A stretch of 64,000 bases of DNA from a virus (taxonomy: Duplodnaviria; Caudoviricetes): IMG/VR virus record IMGVR_UViG_3300014695_000002, positions 22,000 to 85,999 of that record; one strand, written 5' to 3'. Below, in pieces: positions 1-8,066 of the stretch (position 1 is the first letter of the stretch; every line of letters starts with the position of its first letter). The notes beneath the pieces are model-generated. The model had not been told where the DNA came from. It made no database searches and saw only the letters and a list, made by a program, of their open reading frames with translations. Made by a program: the position numbers and the translations under genes.

Positions 1-2
1 AC

Positions 3-185
3 GACAGAGGTTATAGATTCGATTTTGATCTAGATGAATGGCAAACAAGATTTGACAACCTGCCTGCTTGGTGTAAGAATGATTACACACCAACGGACGA
101 AGCTTTGGCAATCAATCGTCAGAGAATCGCTGACAGGATTGCAGCTAAGCCAAACTATTATCGGATGAGAGGGAAGCCGTTATGA
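3..185 (+). CDS. denV: C-terminal part of pyrimidine-dimer DNA glycosylase (T4 endonuclease V-like), 5' end outside window
   Basis: Hand translation ...DYTPTDEALAINRQRIADRIAAKPNYYRMRGKPL* parallels the T4 endoV C-terminus as I recall it ([32 protein letters not shown]); stop overlaps next ATG. Confidence 0.75.
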   Translation, partial: DRGYRFDFDLDEWQTRFDNLPAWCKNDYTPTDEALAINRQRIADRIAAKPNYYRMRGKPL

Positions 186-490
186 GAAATTTCGTAGTAA
201 AATTTATGCAGAAAAACAAGATTGAAGACTCGGAACTTGAAGAACTCAAGGAGAAAGCTCGCAAGTGGTATACCCAGGAATGGCTTAAAGCTTGGGAAGA
301 AACCAAAGCGAAGTCCCTTAAGATCGGTGATCGTGTTAAGGTTAAAGCTGGTTGCTCCGGTGCTGATGCTTATGCTACTGTGACCTACGTGCAACCTGAT
401 TACAACACTATTTGGGTTCGGCGGGATCAGGCAGGCAGTGATTGCTTCTACTACGCTGACGAACTGGATAAATTGGAGGATGCGAAATGA
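182..490 (+). CDS. hypothetical protein, SH3/KOW-like C-terminal half
   Basis: ORF track 102 aa; LKIGDRVKVK...ATVTYV pattern; ATGA overlaps on both sides. Confidence 0.75.
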   Translation: MRNFVVKFMQKNKIEDSELEELKEKARKWYTQEWLKAWEETKAKSLKIGDRVKVKAGCSGADAYATVTYVQPDYNTIWVRRDQAGSDCFYYADELDKLEDAK

Positions 491-720
491 GTAAGAATGA
501 AACAGGCGGTTCAGCTTTTCCTGTAGGATATCCGCATAATGGTGAAGGCATGGACCTTCGTGATTACTTCGCAGCTAAGGCTATGCAAGCTTTGATTGCT
601 ACTGTAGGTCAGAATGCTAGCCGTGCTGAAGAGGCTGTCTGTGGTGTTGCATATCTGTATGCTGACCAGATGTTGAGACAGCGTGATATGTTTATTTATT
701 ATGACAATAAAGGGGAATAG
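487..720 (+). CDS. conserved phage hypothetical protein (GMxLRDYFAAKAMQ family)
   Basis: GGSAFP...GMDLRDYFAAKAMQALI motif common in proteobacterial phages. Confidence 0.8.
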   Translation: MSKNETGGSAFPVGYPHNGEGMDLRDYFAAKAMQALIATVGQNASRAEEAVCGVAYLYADQMLRQRDMFIYYDNKGE

Positions 721-722
721 CC

Positions 723-956
723 ATGAACACCGAAAACCAAACTCGCCTACTCCGTGAGCTAGAATTTCGTATCAACCAAGCTCGACAACCTGAGTTCTTC
801 ATCATCCGTGATACTCTGCTGAGTGAGCTAAGAGGTTTCATCTCTGCTGTTGCTCATATGCCTGTGTCGGCCGAGCTTTATTCTGATATGTTTGCGCAGT
901 ATAAGGATTTGGTAAGCTATCTGAAGAGTAGAGAAAATGAACAGTCTAATGACTAA
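723..956 (+). CDS. hypothetical protein
   Basis: ORF track; GGGGA RBS; tight packing. Confidence 0.7.
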   Translation: MNTENQTRLLRELEFRINQARQPEFFIIRDTLLSELRGFISAVAHMPVSAELYSDMFAQYKDLVSYLKSRENEQSND

Positions 957-1302
957 AGCCTACCGCCTGGCCCTGGAGCTTCCAAACGTCAAAGGTCAAC
1001 AACGTGTTAGCTGTCTGATTGTAGACAAGAGGGATAGAATCTTGACGTTTGGTGTGAACGATTACCAAACTACTCACCCTTATCAGAAGAAATTGTCTCA
1101 GAAACTAGGCTTCGACGGCGAAAGAGCATACTTGCATGCAGAAACCTTGGCGTGTCTTCGCTTAAGACCTCACCATAGGCCCTACAAGGCTCTCATTTGC
1201 AGAGTTGGACGACAAGGGGATCTACTCCCCTCCTGTCCCTGCCTAAGCTGTAGAGAGGCTTTTAGACAGCATGGAATAGGTGTTATAGAATGTACGATCT
1301 GA
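937..1302 (+). CDS. Zn-dependent cytidine/dCMP deaminase-superfamily protein
   Basis: HAE motif (YLHAETLA) and PCxxC (SCPCLSC); N-terminal VSCLIVD...ILTFGVN strand pattern. Confidence 0.8.
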   Translation: MNSLMTKAYRLALELPNVKGQQRVSCLIVDKRDRILTFGVNDYQTTHPYQKKLSQKLGFDGERAYLHAETLACLRLRPHHRPYKALICRVGRQGDLLPSCPCLSCREAFRQHGIGVIECTI

Positions 1303-1532
1303 AAGATTTGCTAGACACAATTCCAACCAATGACAACGAAGACAGAAAGTGTGCTTATTTAGATTGTCTATCAGCTATTGATTTTCAATCAGAAAATACT
1401 ATGAGAAATTTCCTTGCTACATGGGTTGACATGAAAGCTGAAGAGGTAGATATTCTATCCCAACAGGACGCACAATACCGTGACTTCCTAGTAACCTTCT
1501 CGGAGAAATACCATGACCATTGTAAACTTTGA
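1290..1532 (+). CDS. hypothetical acidic protein
   Basis: ORF track; tight packing. Confidence 0.65.
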   Translation: MYDLKDLLDTIPTNDNEDRKCAYLDCLSAIDFQSENTMRNFLATWVDMKAEEVDILSQQDAQYRDFLVTFSEKYHDHCKL

Positions 1533-1689
1533 ATACCTTGGCTACGAAATTGAAGCTGTAATTGTCGAGGAAGATGGCGAAGCTTATTGTGAATCCTACA
1601 TCGCCCGTTGCTTGACTACTGGTGAGATTTCAGAGTATATTCCTAAGCTTGATAAACTGATCGCTAACCGTGCTGTGGACGAGGTGTGA
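1513..1689 (+). CDS. hypothetical protein, 58 aa (below ORF-track cutoff)
   Basis: Hand translation MTIVNFEYLGYEIEAVIVEEDGEAYCES...; GGAGA RBS. Confidence 0.7.
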   Translation: MTIVNFEYLGYEIEAVIVEEDGEAYCESYIARCLTTGEISEYIPKLDKLIANRAVDEV

Positions 1690-1690
1690 T

Positions 1691-1852
1691 ATGGATAAAG
1701 TAGAAGGGTTGTTTGTTGTGATGTTTTATGAATTTGGTCTGTGTTCAGATATTGTTGGACCTCACTATTATGAAGACGCTGTAGAGGCCTATCACTTAGC
1801 AACAGCAAAGGGTGAAGAAGTTCGTCTTGCTAAGTTATCATTTCTCGATTAA
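1691..1852 (+). CDS. hypothetical protein
   Basis: ATG at 1691 after GAGGTG RBS, in frame with track ORF 1670..1852. Confidence 0.7.
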   Translation: MDKVEGLFVVMFYEFGLCSDIVGPHYYEDAVEAYHLATAKGEEVRLAKLSFLD

Positions 1853-1865
1853 GCGGACTAAACGA

Positions 1866-2048
1866 ATGCAATATAGTAACAATTGGAAGACCTCTACTGC
1901 TAACTCCCAACGTATCCTCAAAGACCTAGGCTACACATTCAACAAAACAGACATATGGCAATGCAAAGAAGCTGGCAAGGTGGTAGAGTCGTCCAAGAGT
2001 CTCGGTGATTTGGTGAATAAAGTTGTTAAATCAATTGGAGGAATTTGA
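1866..2048 (+). CDS. hypothetical protein
   Basis: ATG 1866 (MQYSNNWK...) in frame with track ORF 1812..2048. Confidence 0.65.
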   Translation: MQYSNNWKTSTANSQRILKDLGYTFNKTDIWQCKEAGKVVESSKSLGDLVNKVVKSIGGI

Positions 2049-2049
2049 T

Positions 2050-2187
2050 ATGTGTAAAAAGATTGATGAATTGATGGAAGAGAATGCTAAGCTCAAGCAA
2101 GCTCTGTTAGAAGCTACAGATATGTTCCGAAAAATTAACGCCCTCGCCACCCAGCCCGTCGCTGCGCATGGGGAAGAAACCAAATGA
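2050..2187 (+). CDS. hypothetical coiled-coil protein, 45 aa
   Basis: Hand translation MCKKIDELMEENAKLKQALLE...; GGAGGA RBS; ATGA overlap with next gene. Confidence 0.65.
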   Translation: MCKKIDELMEENAKLKQALLEATDMFRKINALATQPVAAHGEETK

Positions 2188-2375
2188 CCCGACAATTCAC
2201 CTACAAACTCTCCGCCGATGACTTAGAAGATGCTTTACAAATCTTGATTGACGTGAACAGTTTGAATGTAAAGCTATTCAAGCAAGATGGGATGGAAGCT
2301 GATGCTATTGCAGCTCAAGCGCTTATGGATTTTCAGATACTGCTGTTGGATGAATTGATTGCTAAAGTGAATTAA
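2184..2375 (+). CDS. hypothetical protein
   Basis: ORF track. Confidence 0.7.
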   Translation: MTRQFTYKLSADDLEDALQILIDVNSLNVKLFKQDGMEADAIAAQALMDFQILLLDELIAKVN

Positions 2376-2386
2376 AGGAGATATAA

Positions 2387-2653
2387 GTGAACAAATATGA
2401 GTTCTATTCAACGATTTTAAAAGAGGACTTTCCTGTCAAATATCGTGCAGTAATTGCAGAGCATGATTCTGAACAAAGGAAAAAGATAAATGGTCTAAAA
2501 GTCAAGCTAGGTAGGGCTGTCGATCTCTTGCTTGATGCATCAGAACCAACCGGACCTGTCATCCGTTATGAAGACATCAAGAACCTTTTGCTAGAATATG
2601 CTCAAGGAGATAGCCATGCTGCCTCTAATGTGTCCAAGATGCCACAAGCCTGA
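2387..2653 (+). CDS. hypothetical protein
   Basis: AAGGAG RBS, GTG start. Confidence 0.7.
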   Translation: MNKYEFYSTILKEDFPVKYRAVIAEHDSEQRKKINGLKVKLGRAVDLLLDASEPTGPVIRYEDIKNLLLEYAQGDSHAASNVSKMPQA

Positions 2654-2708
2654 TGAAGAATGCAGTTGTTGGCCTAGGTTGGTGGTGACTGGTTTGAAAT
2701 TTAAATAG
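2616..2708 (+). CDS. tiny Cys-rich (Zn-binding-like) protein, 30 aa
   Basis: AAGGAG RBS; MLPLMCPRCHKPDEECSCWPRLVVTGLKFK. Confidence 0.5.
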   Translation: MLPLMCPRCHKPDEECSCWPRLVVTGLKFK

Positions 2709-2716
2709 GAGGGTGT

Positions 2717-2920
2717 ATGTTGATTCTTAAAGTTACATGGCTATTCTTTACTATATTCGCTGCCGTATTATTTTTAGTGTTCGGGGTCTCGTTTCATTCA
2801 GCCCATCGTCCAAACCTTGGCTGGATTGAGATGGTCGTGAGTTCTTATGTAATGGTCATGATCTGCGGTGTATGGATTTGGGGCAGTGTCCAAGTTATGA
2901 ACTGGGTTTTTGGTGGTTAA
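2717..2920 (+). CDS. two-TM membrane protein
   Basis: GGAGGG RBS; two hydrophobic segments. Confidence 0.75.
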   Translation: MLILKVTWLFFTIFAAVLFLVFGVSFHSAHRPNLGWIEMVVSSYVMVMICGVWIWGSVQVMNWVFGG

Positions 2921-2937
2921 AAAGGCGACAAACGGTG

Positions 2938-2966
2938 TTGACAGAGTATTCGGTCTGAGAGATACT
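2938..2966 (+). promoter_or_regulatory. sigma70-type early promoter
   Basis: TTGACA-17-GATACT in an intergenic gap. Confidence 0.8.
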
Positions 2967-3015
2967 AGTCACACAGAGCAAGCAGACAGCGGCTCACAAA
3001 CGAAGAGATAGAATC

Positions 3016-3243
3016 ATGCAAATCCTCAAGAAAGAAATTATCATCGACTCGCTGGATGTTATCGTAACTATCAGCTACGTCAAAGACCATGAGCAGTCCT
3101 ACGCTGTAGAAAAGATGGTTCAGATTTACGAAAATAATGCTTACGTTTCGTATGATGAAGAGGCGCTAGAAGATGTGATCAACTTTATGGGCATTGACAT
3201 GCTTGATCGGTACGTGAAACAACAACTCAAAGAGGTAGCATGA
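3016..3243 (+). CDS. hypothetical protein
   Basis: ORF track; first gene after promoter. Confidence 0.75.
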   Translation: MQILKKEIIIDSLDVIVTISYVKDHEQSYAVEKMVQIYENNAYVSYDEEALEDVINFMGIDMLDRYVKQQLKEVA

Positions 3244-3244
3244 C

Positions 3245-3346
3245 ATGACTTGCAAACAAGCTTTCGTTAGCAGCTTTGAGCTTTATCAGCAAGGAATTAA
3301 ACACAAGATTTTCAAAATCAATGGTAAGTGGAGTGTAACTGTATGA
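3245..3346 (+). CDS. small protein, 33 aa
   Basis: GAGG RBS; MTCKQAFVSSFELYQQGIKHKIFKINGKWSVTV; ATGA-coupled to next gene. Confidence 0.55.
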   Translation: MTCKQAFVSSFELYQQGIKHKIFKINGKWSVTV

Positions 3347-3474
3347 AGACTGTAAAAGCAAGCAACATGAAATCTTGGGAATACAACGCTGAACGTGATC
3401 AGATTAAGAAGCAGACTAAGCAACTTCGTAATCAGCGTCGGAACCGTAAAGCGATGTGGAGTATTGTAGAATGA
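3343..3474 (+). CDS. small basic protein, 43 aa
   Basis: MKTVKASNMKSWEYNAERDQIKKQTKQLRNQRRNRKAMWSIVE; ATGA overlaps at both ends. Confidence 0.6.
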   Translation: MKTVKASNMKSWEYNAERDQIKKQTKQLRNQRRNRKAMWSIVE

Positions 3475-3872
3475 GTCTTGCATTAATTGTTTATCTGATC
3501 AATGTTATTCCTGGAATTGGTTTCTTAGCTTTTGTTCTAGGGTTCTGTTGCGTAGTTGCTGCTGGACTTTCAATCTTCTGGATTGTTTCAGTTCTTGATA
3601 GCTATATGAATACAAATTCAGCGGAGTGTAAGCAAGAGCTAAAACGACCAAAGAAATTTATTAAAAACCTTCTTACCTCGGCAATAGGTCTTTTCTTTGT
3701 AGCTATCGTAATTCCATCTGAAAAGACACTCTACACAATGCTTGCAGCCTACGGTGTTGAGAAGGTAGCGACAAACGAGAAGACTCAGGAGATTTTAGGT
3801 AACGGTGTTGACATCCTTAACCTTCAGTTACAGAAGTACAAGGAGGAGCTTCTGAAAGAAAAATCAAAATAA
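3471..3872 (+). CDS. membrane protein
   Basis: Start at ATG 3471 (MSLALIVYLI); hydrophobic segments, then IPSEKTLYTMLAAY motif seen in phage membrane proteins. Confidence 0.75.
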   Translation: MSLALIVYLINVIPGIGFLAFVLGFCCVVAAGLSIFWIVSVLDSYMNTNSAECKQELKRPKKFIKNLLTSAIGLFFVAIVIPSEKTLYTMLAAYGVEKVATNEKTQEILGNGVDILNLQLQKYKEELLKEKSK

Positions 3873-3876
3873 TCCT

Positions 3877-3915
3877 AGGGAGGGCCTTGACAGGTTCCTC
3901 CCTTTTTCGTATCCT
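3877..3915 (+). promoter_or_regulatory. intrinsic terminator overlapping a sigma70 promoter
   Basis: AGGGAGG/CCTCCCT stem + TTTT, with TTGACA (3887-92) in the loop and TATCCT at 17-nt spacing. Confidence 0.65.
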
Positions 3916-3949
3916 AAACCCATCGAAACCAAACACACTGGTGATTCAG

Positions 3950-4429
3950 ATGGCACGCACCTACGTACAGACCACTTGGAATGACGCTGACAAATTCGCC
4001 TACAACGGCGCTCAACAGCATTTCAAGCCGAACGGTGCGGCTAACCCTAAAGCCTATGAAGAGAAGCCTGTGGAAAAGAAAGCTAAGAAAGTCAAAGCTC
4101 CTGACTACAGAACTTCGGACCAAAAGCGTGAGGATACCCTAGACAAGAAGCGTGTAGCCTTCGAAAAAGCTTTTGAGAATGGCGATATCACCTTTGATCA
4201 ATACAACCTCTTGCTGACTGAATGGGAAAAAGCTATGTCTCGATTGGAAAAGCGTATGGGAATTACCAAAGAAGAATCCACCTCACCTACTTCTTCCACC
4301 AAACCTTCTATCATGAACGCTGTAGAGGATGCTGCTAAGGGGTTTGCTGCACGTCATCCTTTTGCGTTTCTTGTGACTTCGATTATGGTTGGTGCTGGCG
4401 TGCTGAACATCTTCGGTTTTTGTGCCTAA
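3950..4429 (+). CDS. hypothetical protein with C-terminal membrane anchor
   Basis: Likely start ATG 3950 (MARTYVQ); charged helical body, hydrophobic tail. Confidence 0.7.
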   Translation: MARTYVQTTWNDADKFAYNGAQQHFKPNGAANPKAYEEKPVEKKAKKVKAPDYRTSDQKREDTLDKKRVAFEKAFENGDITFDQYNLLLTEWEKAMSRLEKRMGITKEESTSPTSSTKPSIMNAVEDAAKGFAARHPFAFLVTSIMVGAGVLNIFGFCA

Positions 4430-4448
4430 AAATATCTGAAAAAAGGTG

Positions 4449-4477
4449 TTGACAGGATGCCTTGAATGCCACATACT
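4449..4477 (+). promoter_or_regulatory. sigma70-type early promoter
   Basis: TTGACA-17-CATACT. Confidence 0.8.
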
Positions 4478-4528
4478 GATCACAAGCCAGAGGGAATAAG
4501 CCCGAAGGCAAACTTAAGGAATAGAATC

Positions 4529-4708
4529 ATGAACGTCAAACTCGAAGATTTTATGAAAGAAGTTCGTAAGTCGGTCGAATCTTTTGAAAAAGATTGGTTG
4601 GCTAATCACAGAGAAAATCCTGAACACTATCCACTTGAAATCTCAGAAGAGAACGCAGGTGTATGGTATGAGTTTTTGATGGATCATTTGATGAATGATA
4701 AGTCTTGA
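4529..4708 (+). CDS. hypothetical protein
   Basis: AAGGA RBS, ATG 4529. Confidence 0.7.
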   Translation: MNVKLEDFMKEVRKSVESFEKDWLANHRENPEHYPLEISEENAGVWYEFLMDHLMNDKS

Positions 4709-4772
4709 AAGGTAAGATAAACTCAAAGGCACTTTACAGCGAAAAGATAAATCTTCGACAGACAGGGTGATT

Positions 4773-4955
4773 ATGAAGACTAAAAAGACCGCACAACAAC
4801 TTGCTGCTAACCTAGAATTCCGTGCTGTGCTTGGTGACATGGGACGTAAGCCTGATAAGAACGACACACTTCGTTTGTCTGCTAAGCTTTTACGAGAACA
4901 AGCAGCCAAAATAACTTTGCTTGAGAAATTCATTTCTGATTTAAAATCACTTTGA
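4773..4955 (+). CDS. hypothetical protein
   Basis: ORF track frame; ATG 4773. Confidence 0.65.
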   Translation: MKTKKTAQQLAANLEFRAVLGDMGRKPDKNDTLRLSAKLLREQAAKITLLEKFISDLKSL

Positions 4956-5041
4956 GGTGAGAGTCTGACGAACGGCTGTTGACTACAATGTGTATCCGAT
5001 AAATAATGAACCTACCAACCAAGCACACAGGAGTTCAGAAA

Positions 5042-5197
5042 ATGGATGCAGCAAATTCAGAAATTAAAAAGATCAAATTTTGGGTTGAGACTATTGAATT
5101 ACTTATGTCTAAGGGTATGAATCGACAAGATGCCGAAGATCAACTCCTTATCTTTCTTCAAGATTTTAAAGAGGTTGCATATAAAAATGTCAAATAA
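5042..5197 (+). CDS. hypothetical protein
   Basis: AGGAG RBS; ATG 5042. Confidence 0.65.
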   Translation: MDAANSEIKKIKFWVETIELLMSKGMNRQDAEDQLLIFLQDFKEVAYKNVK

Positions 5198-5456
5198 ACA
5201 AGAGACTCTTGAAATTATCGAGAAAATCTATAACTCTTTAGGTATCAATAAAGAAAATATTGATCAAGAGATAAAGGTATGTTCAAATTGTCCAAGAAAA
5301 TGTATCATTTATAGTAAGTGTGTAATTTGTCTCACAAAAGAATTATCTGAAATTTTAGATAACGATTTTCATGCACAAAGATTTTTACTAGCTGTTAGCG
5401 AACTAGCTAAAGCTAAAACAACAATTCTATGGCTTGTTTCTGGAAATAAAATATGA
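5187..5456 (+). CDS. hypothetical protein with two CxxC motifs
   Basis: GAGG RBS; CSNC and CVIC motifs. Confidence 0.65.
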   Translation: MSNKQETLEIIEKIYNSLGINKENIDQEIKVCSNCPRKCIIYSKCVICLTKELSEILDNDFHAQRFLLAVSELAKAKTTILWLVSGNKI

Positions 5457-5584
5457 CCCGCAACAGCAGCAATCTCAGCAAAGACTTTACATTTGCCTTG
5501 GAAGCTTACAAAGCTACAGGCTGCTACCGTGAGTTGTTTTATGTCCGTAAGTTTGCTCAAATGATTCTAGCTGGAAACTACTGA
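5453..5584 (+). CDS. small protein, 43 aa
   Basis: Hand translation MTRNSSNLSKDFTFALEAYKATGCYRELFYVRKFAQMILAGNY; fills the gap. Confidence 0.55.
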   Translation: MTRNSSNLSKDFTFALEAYKATGCYRELFYVRKFAQMILAGNY

Positions 5585-5595
5585 GGAGAAGAGAG

Positions 5596-5754
5596 ATGAC
5601 TAAACAACAATGGCTGTCGTGGGTAAAAGAGAATTATGGTTCTTGGCGTAATTGGGCCATGGTGAACGTTGCCCAAAATTGGCGTATCCGAAAGCGTCTT
5701 CCCCATATCACCAAAGCCGCAATTGCTAAAGGTTTGATTGATAATGAACAGTGA
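5596..5754 (+). CDS. small Trp-rich protein, 52 aa
   Basis: GAGGAG RBS; MTKQQWLSWVKENYGSWRNWAM... Confidence 0.65.
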   Translation: MTKQQWLSWVKENYGSWRNWAMVNVAQNWRIRKRLPHITKAAIAKGLIDNEQ

Positions 5755-5950
5755 AGACAAGCTTTGGGAACTCAATCGTCTCAAGGAATCTAAAAAGAAA
5801 GCATCTGGTCGAGAGATTCTATTCCATTTGATTCTCGTAATTTTGTCAGCAGGATTGTGGCTTGTACCAATGGGGTTGTATTTTGGTTTCAGGAGTCTAC
5901 ACAATCAGAGTGTAGATAAGAAGATTAAGAAATTGCTTAAGGAGAAGTGA
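5744..5950 (+). CDS. small membrane protein
   Basis: HLILVILSAGLWLVPM hydrophobic hairpin. Confidence 0.7.
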   Translation: MNSEDKLWELNRLKESKKKASGREILFHLILVILSAGLWLVPMGLYFGFRSLHNQSVDKKIKKLLKEK

Positions 5951-5951
5951 G

Positions 5952-6173
5952 ATGAAAGTAGAATCGCAATACACAATTGAAGGTAAAGTTGTTACTAAAG
6001 AGTTTGAAAACAGTGAGATTATTGTTTACGATCATACAGTAGACTACGATCGTCAGGTTATATACTTCGTCTCTAAGAAGTCTGGTAAGGTAATGTTCAA
6101 GCAAGATATTACGGCTAGCGAGGGGCAGGGTTGCGGTTTTATTAGTGGTATTACATATATCAAGGTAGATTAA
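5952..6173 (+). CDS. hypothetical protein
   Basis: AAGGAG RBS. Confidence 0.7.
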   Translation: MKVESQYTIEGKVVTKEFENSEIIVYDHTVDYDRQVIYFVSKKSGKVMFKQDITASEGQGCGFISGITYIKVD

Positions 6174-6464
6174 ATGGCAAATCAAACAGGCTACGGTATC
6201 AACTACGGCTCAGATGAATCAACCACTAACCCAGGAGAACCCGATATGCCCACTACCAACCAAGCAACCCTAGAAATGAACGATAGCCTTATCCTGCAAG
6301 GCTCTACTCTCAAGGCTACTGTGCAGACAGATAACATCCCTGTATATGTTCATACAATGCCTTCTGGCAAGCTTATCATTGTCCAACAAGCAGGTGAAGC
6401 AGGTGTTGCTGTCATTGAGCTTGAAGAGGCTGGGAAGGCTCTGGTTAAGGAGGTGTTGGGATGA
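6174..6464 (+). CDS. hypothetical protein
   Basis: ORF track; abuts previous stop. Confidence 0.7.
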   Translation: MANQTGYGINYGSDESTTNPGEPDMPTTNQATLEMNDSLILQGSTLKATVQTDNIPVYVHTMPSGKLIIVQQAGEAGVAVIELEEAGKALVKEVLG

Positions 6465-6955
6465 GTTGGTTCAGCAATCTATTCAAATGGCCCGAAGATC
6501 ATCCAGCAAGCCCGTCTCGGCAAGTTGAAGTAACTCCACGTATTAAGCTACCAAAACAGATATCGGAGCCTGTGATTAGCTTTGTTGAGACTTTTAAGGC
6601 TAATCCTGGCAGGTTCTCTATTGTACTTGGTCAAGATATGATCCTTGGTAAAAAGGGTGATAAATTTTATGGTTATGAGTATACTGAAGGACCTCTTACA
6701 CATCTTAAGCTAGTAGATAAGAAAGCAAAGCTTGAATGGAACTTTGCTTTACGATCAAAACAAGGTTACTTTGTTAGTGAGTATTTTCCACACCCGCTTT
6801 GGAGTTATCCTAAATTCCTCTCTGAAGATGAGGCACATTTTATCTTTGATGAGGTCAGAAAGGTTTATGAGAAAAGAGCAGAGCGATTGAAATCAATCTT
6901 TAACACTAAAGAACGTGAAGCTTTGAAGAAGGTATACTGTCGTGACTCTATATAA
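6461..6955 (+). CDS. hypothetical protein
   Basis: AAGGAGG RBS; ATGA overlap. Confidence 0.75.
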   Translation: MSWFSNLFKWPEDHPASPSRQVEVTPRIKLPKQISEPVISFVETFKANPGRFSIVLGQDMILGKKGDKFYGYEYTEGPLTHLKLVDKKAKLEWNFALRSKQGYFVSEYFPHPLWSYPKFLSEDEAHFIFDEVRKVYEKRAERLKSIFNTKEREALKKVYCRDSI

Positions 6956-7115
6956 CAAACAACGCCACAAAGCTCTCTTAGACGACACAGACAAGACCAT
7001 CCAGGCAAGCAGGTATTGGCAGAAGCATTACTGGTCACACACGTCTGTAGCTATCCTTGTAGGAGCTTTGGCTGTGATTGTGCCTTATGTGCTGGTTGTG
7101 TTGGTAATTTGTTAG
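6942..7115 (+). CDS. small C-terminally anchored membrane protein, 57 aa
   Basis: GTG start after GAAGG; MTLYNKQRHKALLDD...SVAILVGALAVIVPYVLVVLVIC. Confidence 0.6.
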   Translation: MTLYNKQRHKALLDDTDKTIQASRYWQKHYWSHTSVAILVGALAVIVPYVLVVLVIC

Positions 7116-7124
7116 AGAAAACTC

Positions 7125-7153
7125 TTGACAAGCTATCCCAACCACCCTATACT
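7125..7153 (+). promoter_or_regulatory. sigma70-type early promoter
   Basis: TTGACA-17-TATACT. Confidence 0.85.
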
Positions 7154-7186
7154 CCTCACATACAAACACAGAGCAGGAGCTTTCAT

Positions 7187-7327
7187 ATGAAAACTGTATT
7201 CAATCTGGGTGGTTGGGTTGTCAAAGAACGTAGTGAGGCTTGCTATCTTGTCTATATGAAAGGGAGCAGGATGCTGTATGCTTGCAAAGGATCATTCTCT
7301 GAAGCTGTGGCTTATTGCTATAGCTAG
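7187..7327 (+). CDS. small protein, 46 aa, in its own transcription unit
   Basis: AGGAG RBS, ATG 7187; promoter upstream and terminator downstream. Confidence 0.7.
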   Translation: MKTVFNLGGWVVKERSEACYLVYMKGSRMLYACKGSFSEAVAYCYS

Positions 7328-7335
7328 GATATGTC

Positions 7336-7360
7336 GCCCTCTTAACTGAGGGCTTTTGTT
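7336..7360 (+). terminator. intrinsic terminator
   Basis: GCCCTC-ttaact-GAGGGC followed by TTTTGTTT. Confidence 0.75.
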
Positions 7361-7421
7361 TAGCATGTTTTATTGTAAATTATGGATTAGCTATAATTCT
7401 ATATAATTTGAAGGAGGAAAC

Positions 7422-7817
7422 ATGGAAATTAAAGGTAATGTCACTTTGTCTCGTGACAACCGCAACATTGTTACTATTGAAATTCAAGATCAGCAGTCTC
7501 GTTCCAAGTTTGTCAAGATTTGTCTCACACTTGAGAATTTCGCTCTTATGATGACGGGGATGAGTCATGTCGAGTGCGAAGGAAGGGTAAGGGATTTACA
7601 TGCTGTTGGTAAGAATAAAATTTCTGAATTTCGTAGAGTTGAAATTCCATCTAGTATGGTCTATGATCGTGTTGTGATTGAAAACTATGTTAGGGAGAAC
7701 TTTCAAGAGGATGGTTGGCAAATCAACATCGCTCTTGTCAGTCATCGCTCAATAGATAATGAAGGTGGTAAGAAATTTGTGAACTACTCTGTGTTTAAAT
7801 ATGAGGATGTCAAATGA
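7422..7817 (+). CDS. hypothetical protein
   Basis: AAGGAGG RBS. Confidence 0.75.
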   Translation: MEIKGNVTLSRDNRNIVTIEIQDQQSRSKFVKICLTLENFALMMTGMSHVECEGRVRDLHAVGKNKISEFRRVEIPSSMVYDRVVIENYVRENFQEDGWQINIALVSHRSIDNEGGKKFVNYSVFKYEDVK

Positions 7818-7984
7818 ACCCTTGTAAAGTTTGTGGAAGCTATGATCTAAATGTTCGAGCTTTCAAGTACGCCTTTGATGTTTATTATATAGTTGAATGT
7901 GTGCACTGCCGTAATAAAAAGGCCTCATGGACAGAGGAGGAGGCCAGAGAAAATTGGAATCAAGAGCAAAAATCCGATGACTAA
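7814..7984 (+). CDS. Lar (restriction alleviation)-family Zn-ribbon protein, 56 aa
   Basis: PCKVCG...IVECVHC...TEEEARENWN matches the Lar-family pattern PCPFCG...V.C..C...EEA...WN. Confidence 0.65.
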   Translation: MNPCKVCGSYDLNVRAFKYAFDVYYIVECVHCRNKKASWTEEEARENWNQEQKSDD

Positions 7985-8066
7985 ACAACATATCAAGATT
8001 GGTGAAAAGTAAGACTGATGGTGAAGAGTTTTGGGCAGATCGTTGGGAATTGAGGGAGGTGGAGTG

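Noticed and set aside
2651-2700. Hammerhead ribozyme (CTGATGA...GAAA)
   Set aside because: Stem II does not form next to the core, and the sequence is better explained by the 2616..2708 ORF
4979-5007. Additional early promoter TTGACT...AATAAT
   Set aside because: Poor -10 match; left out of the features
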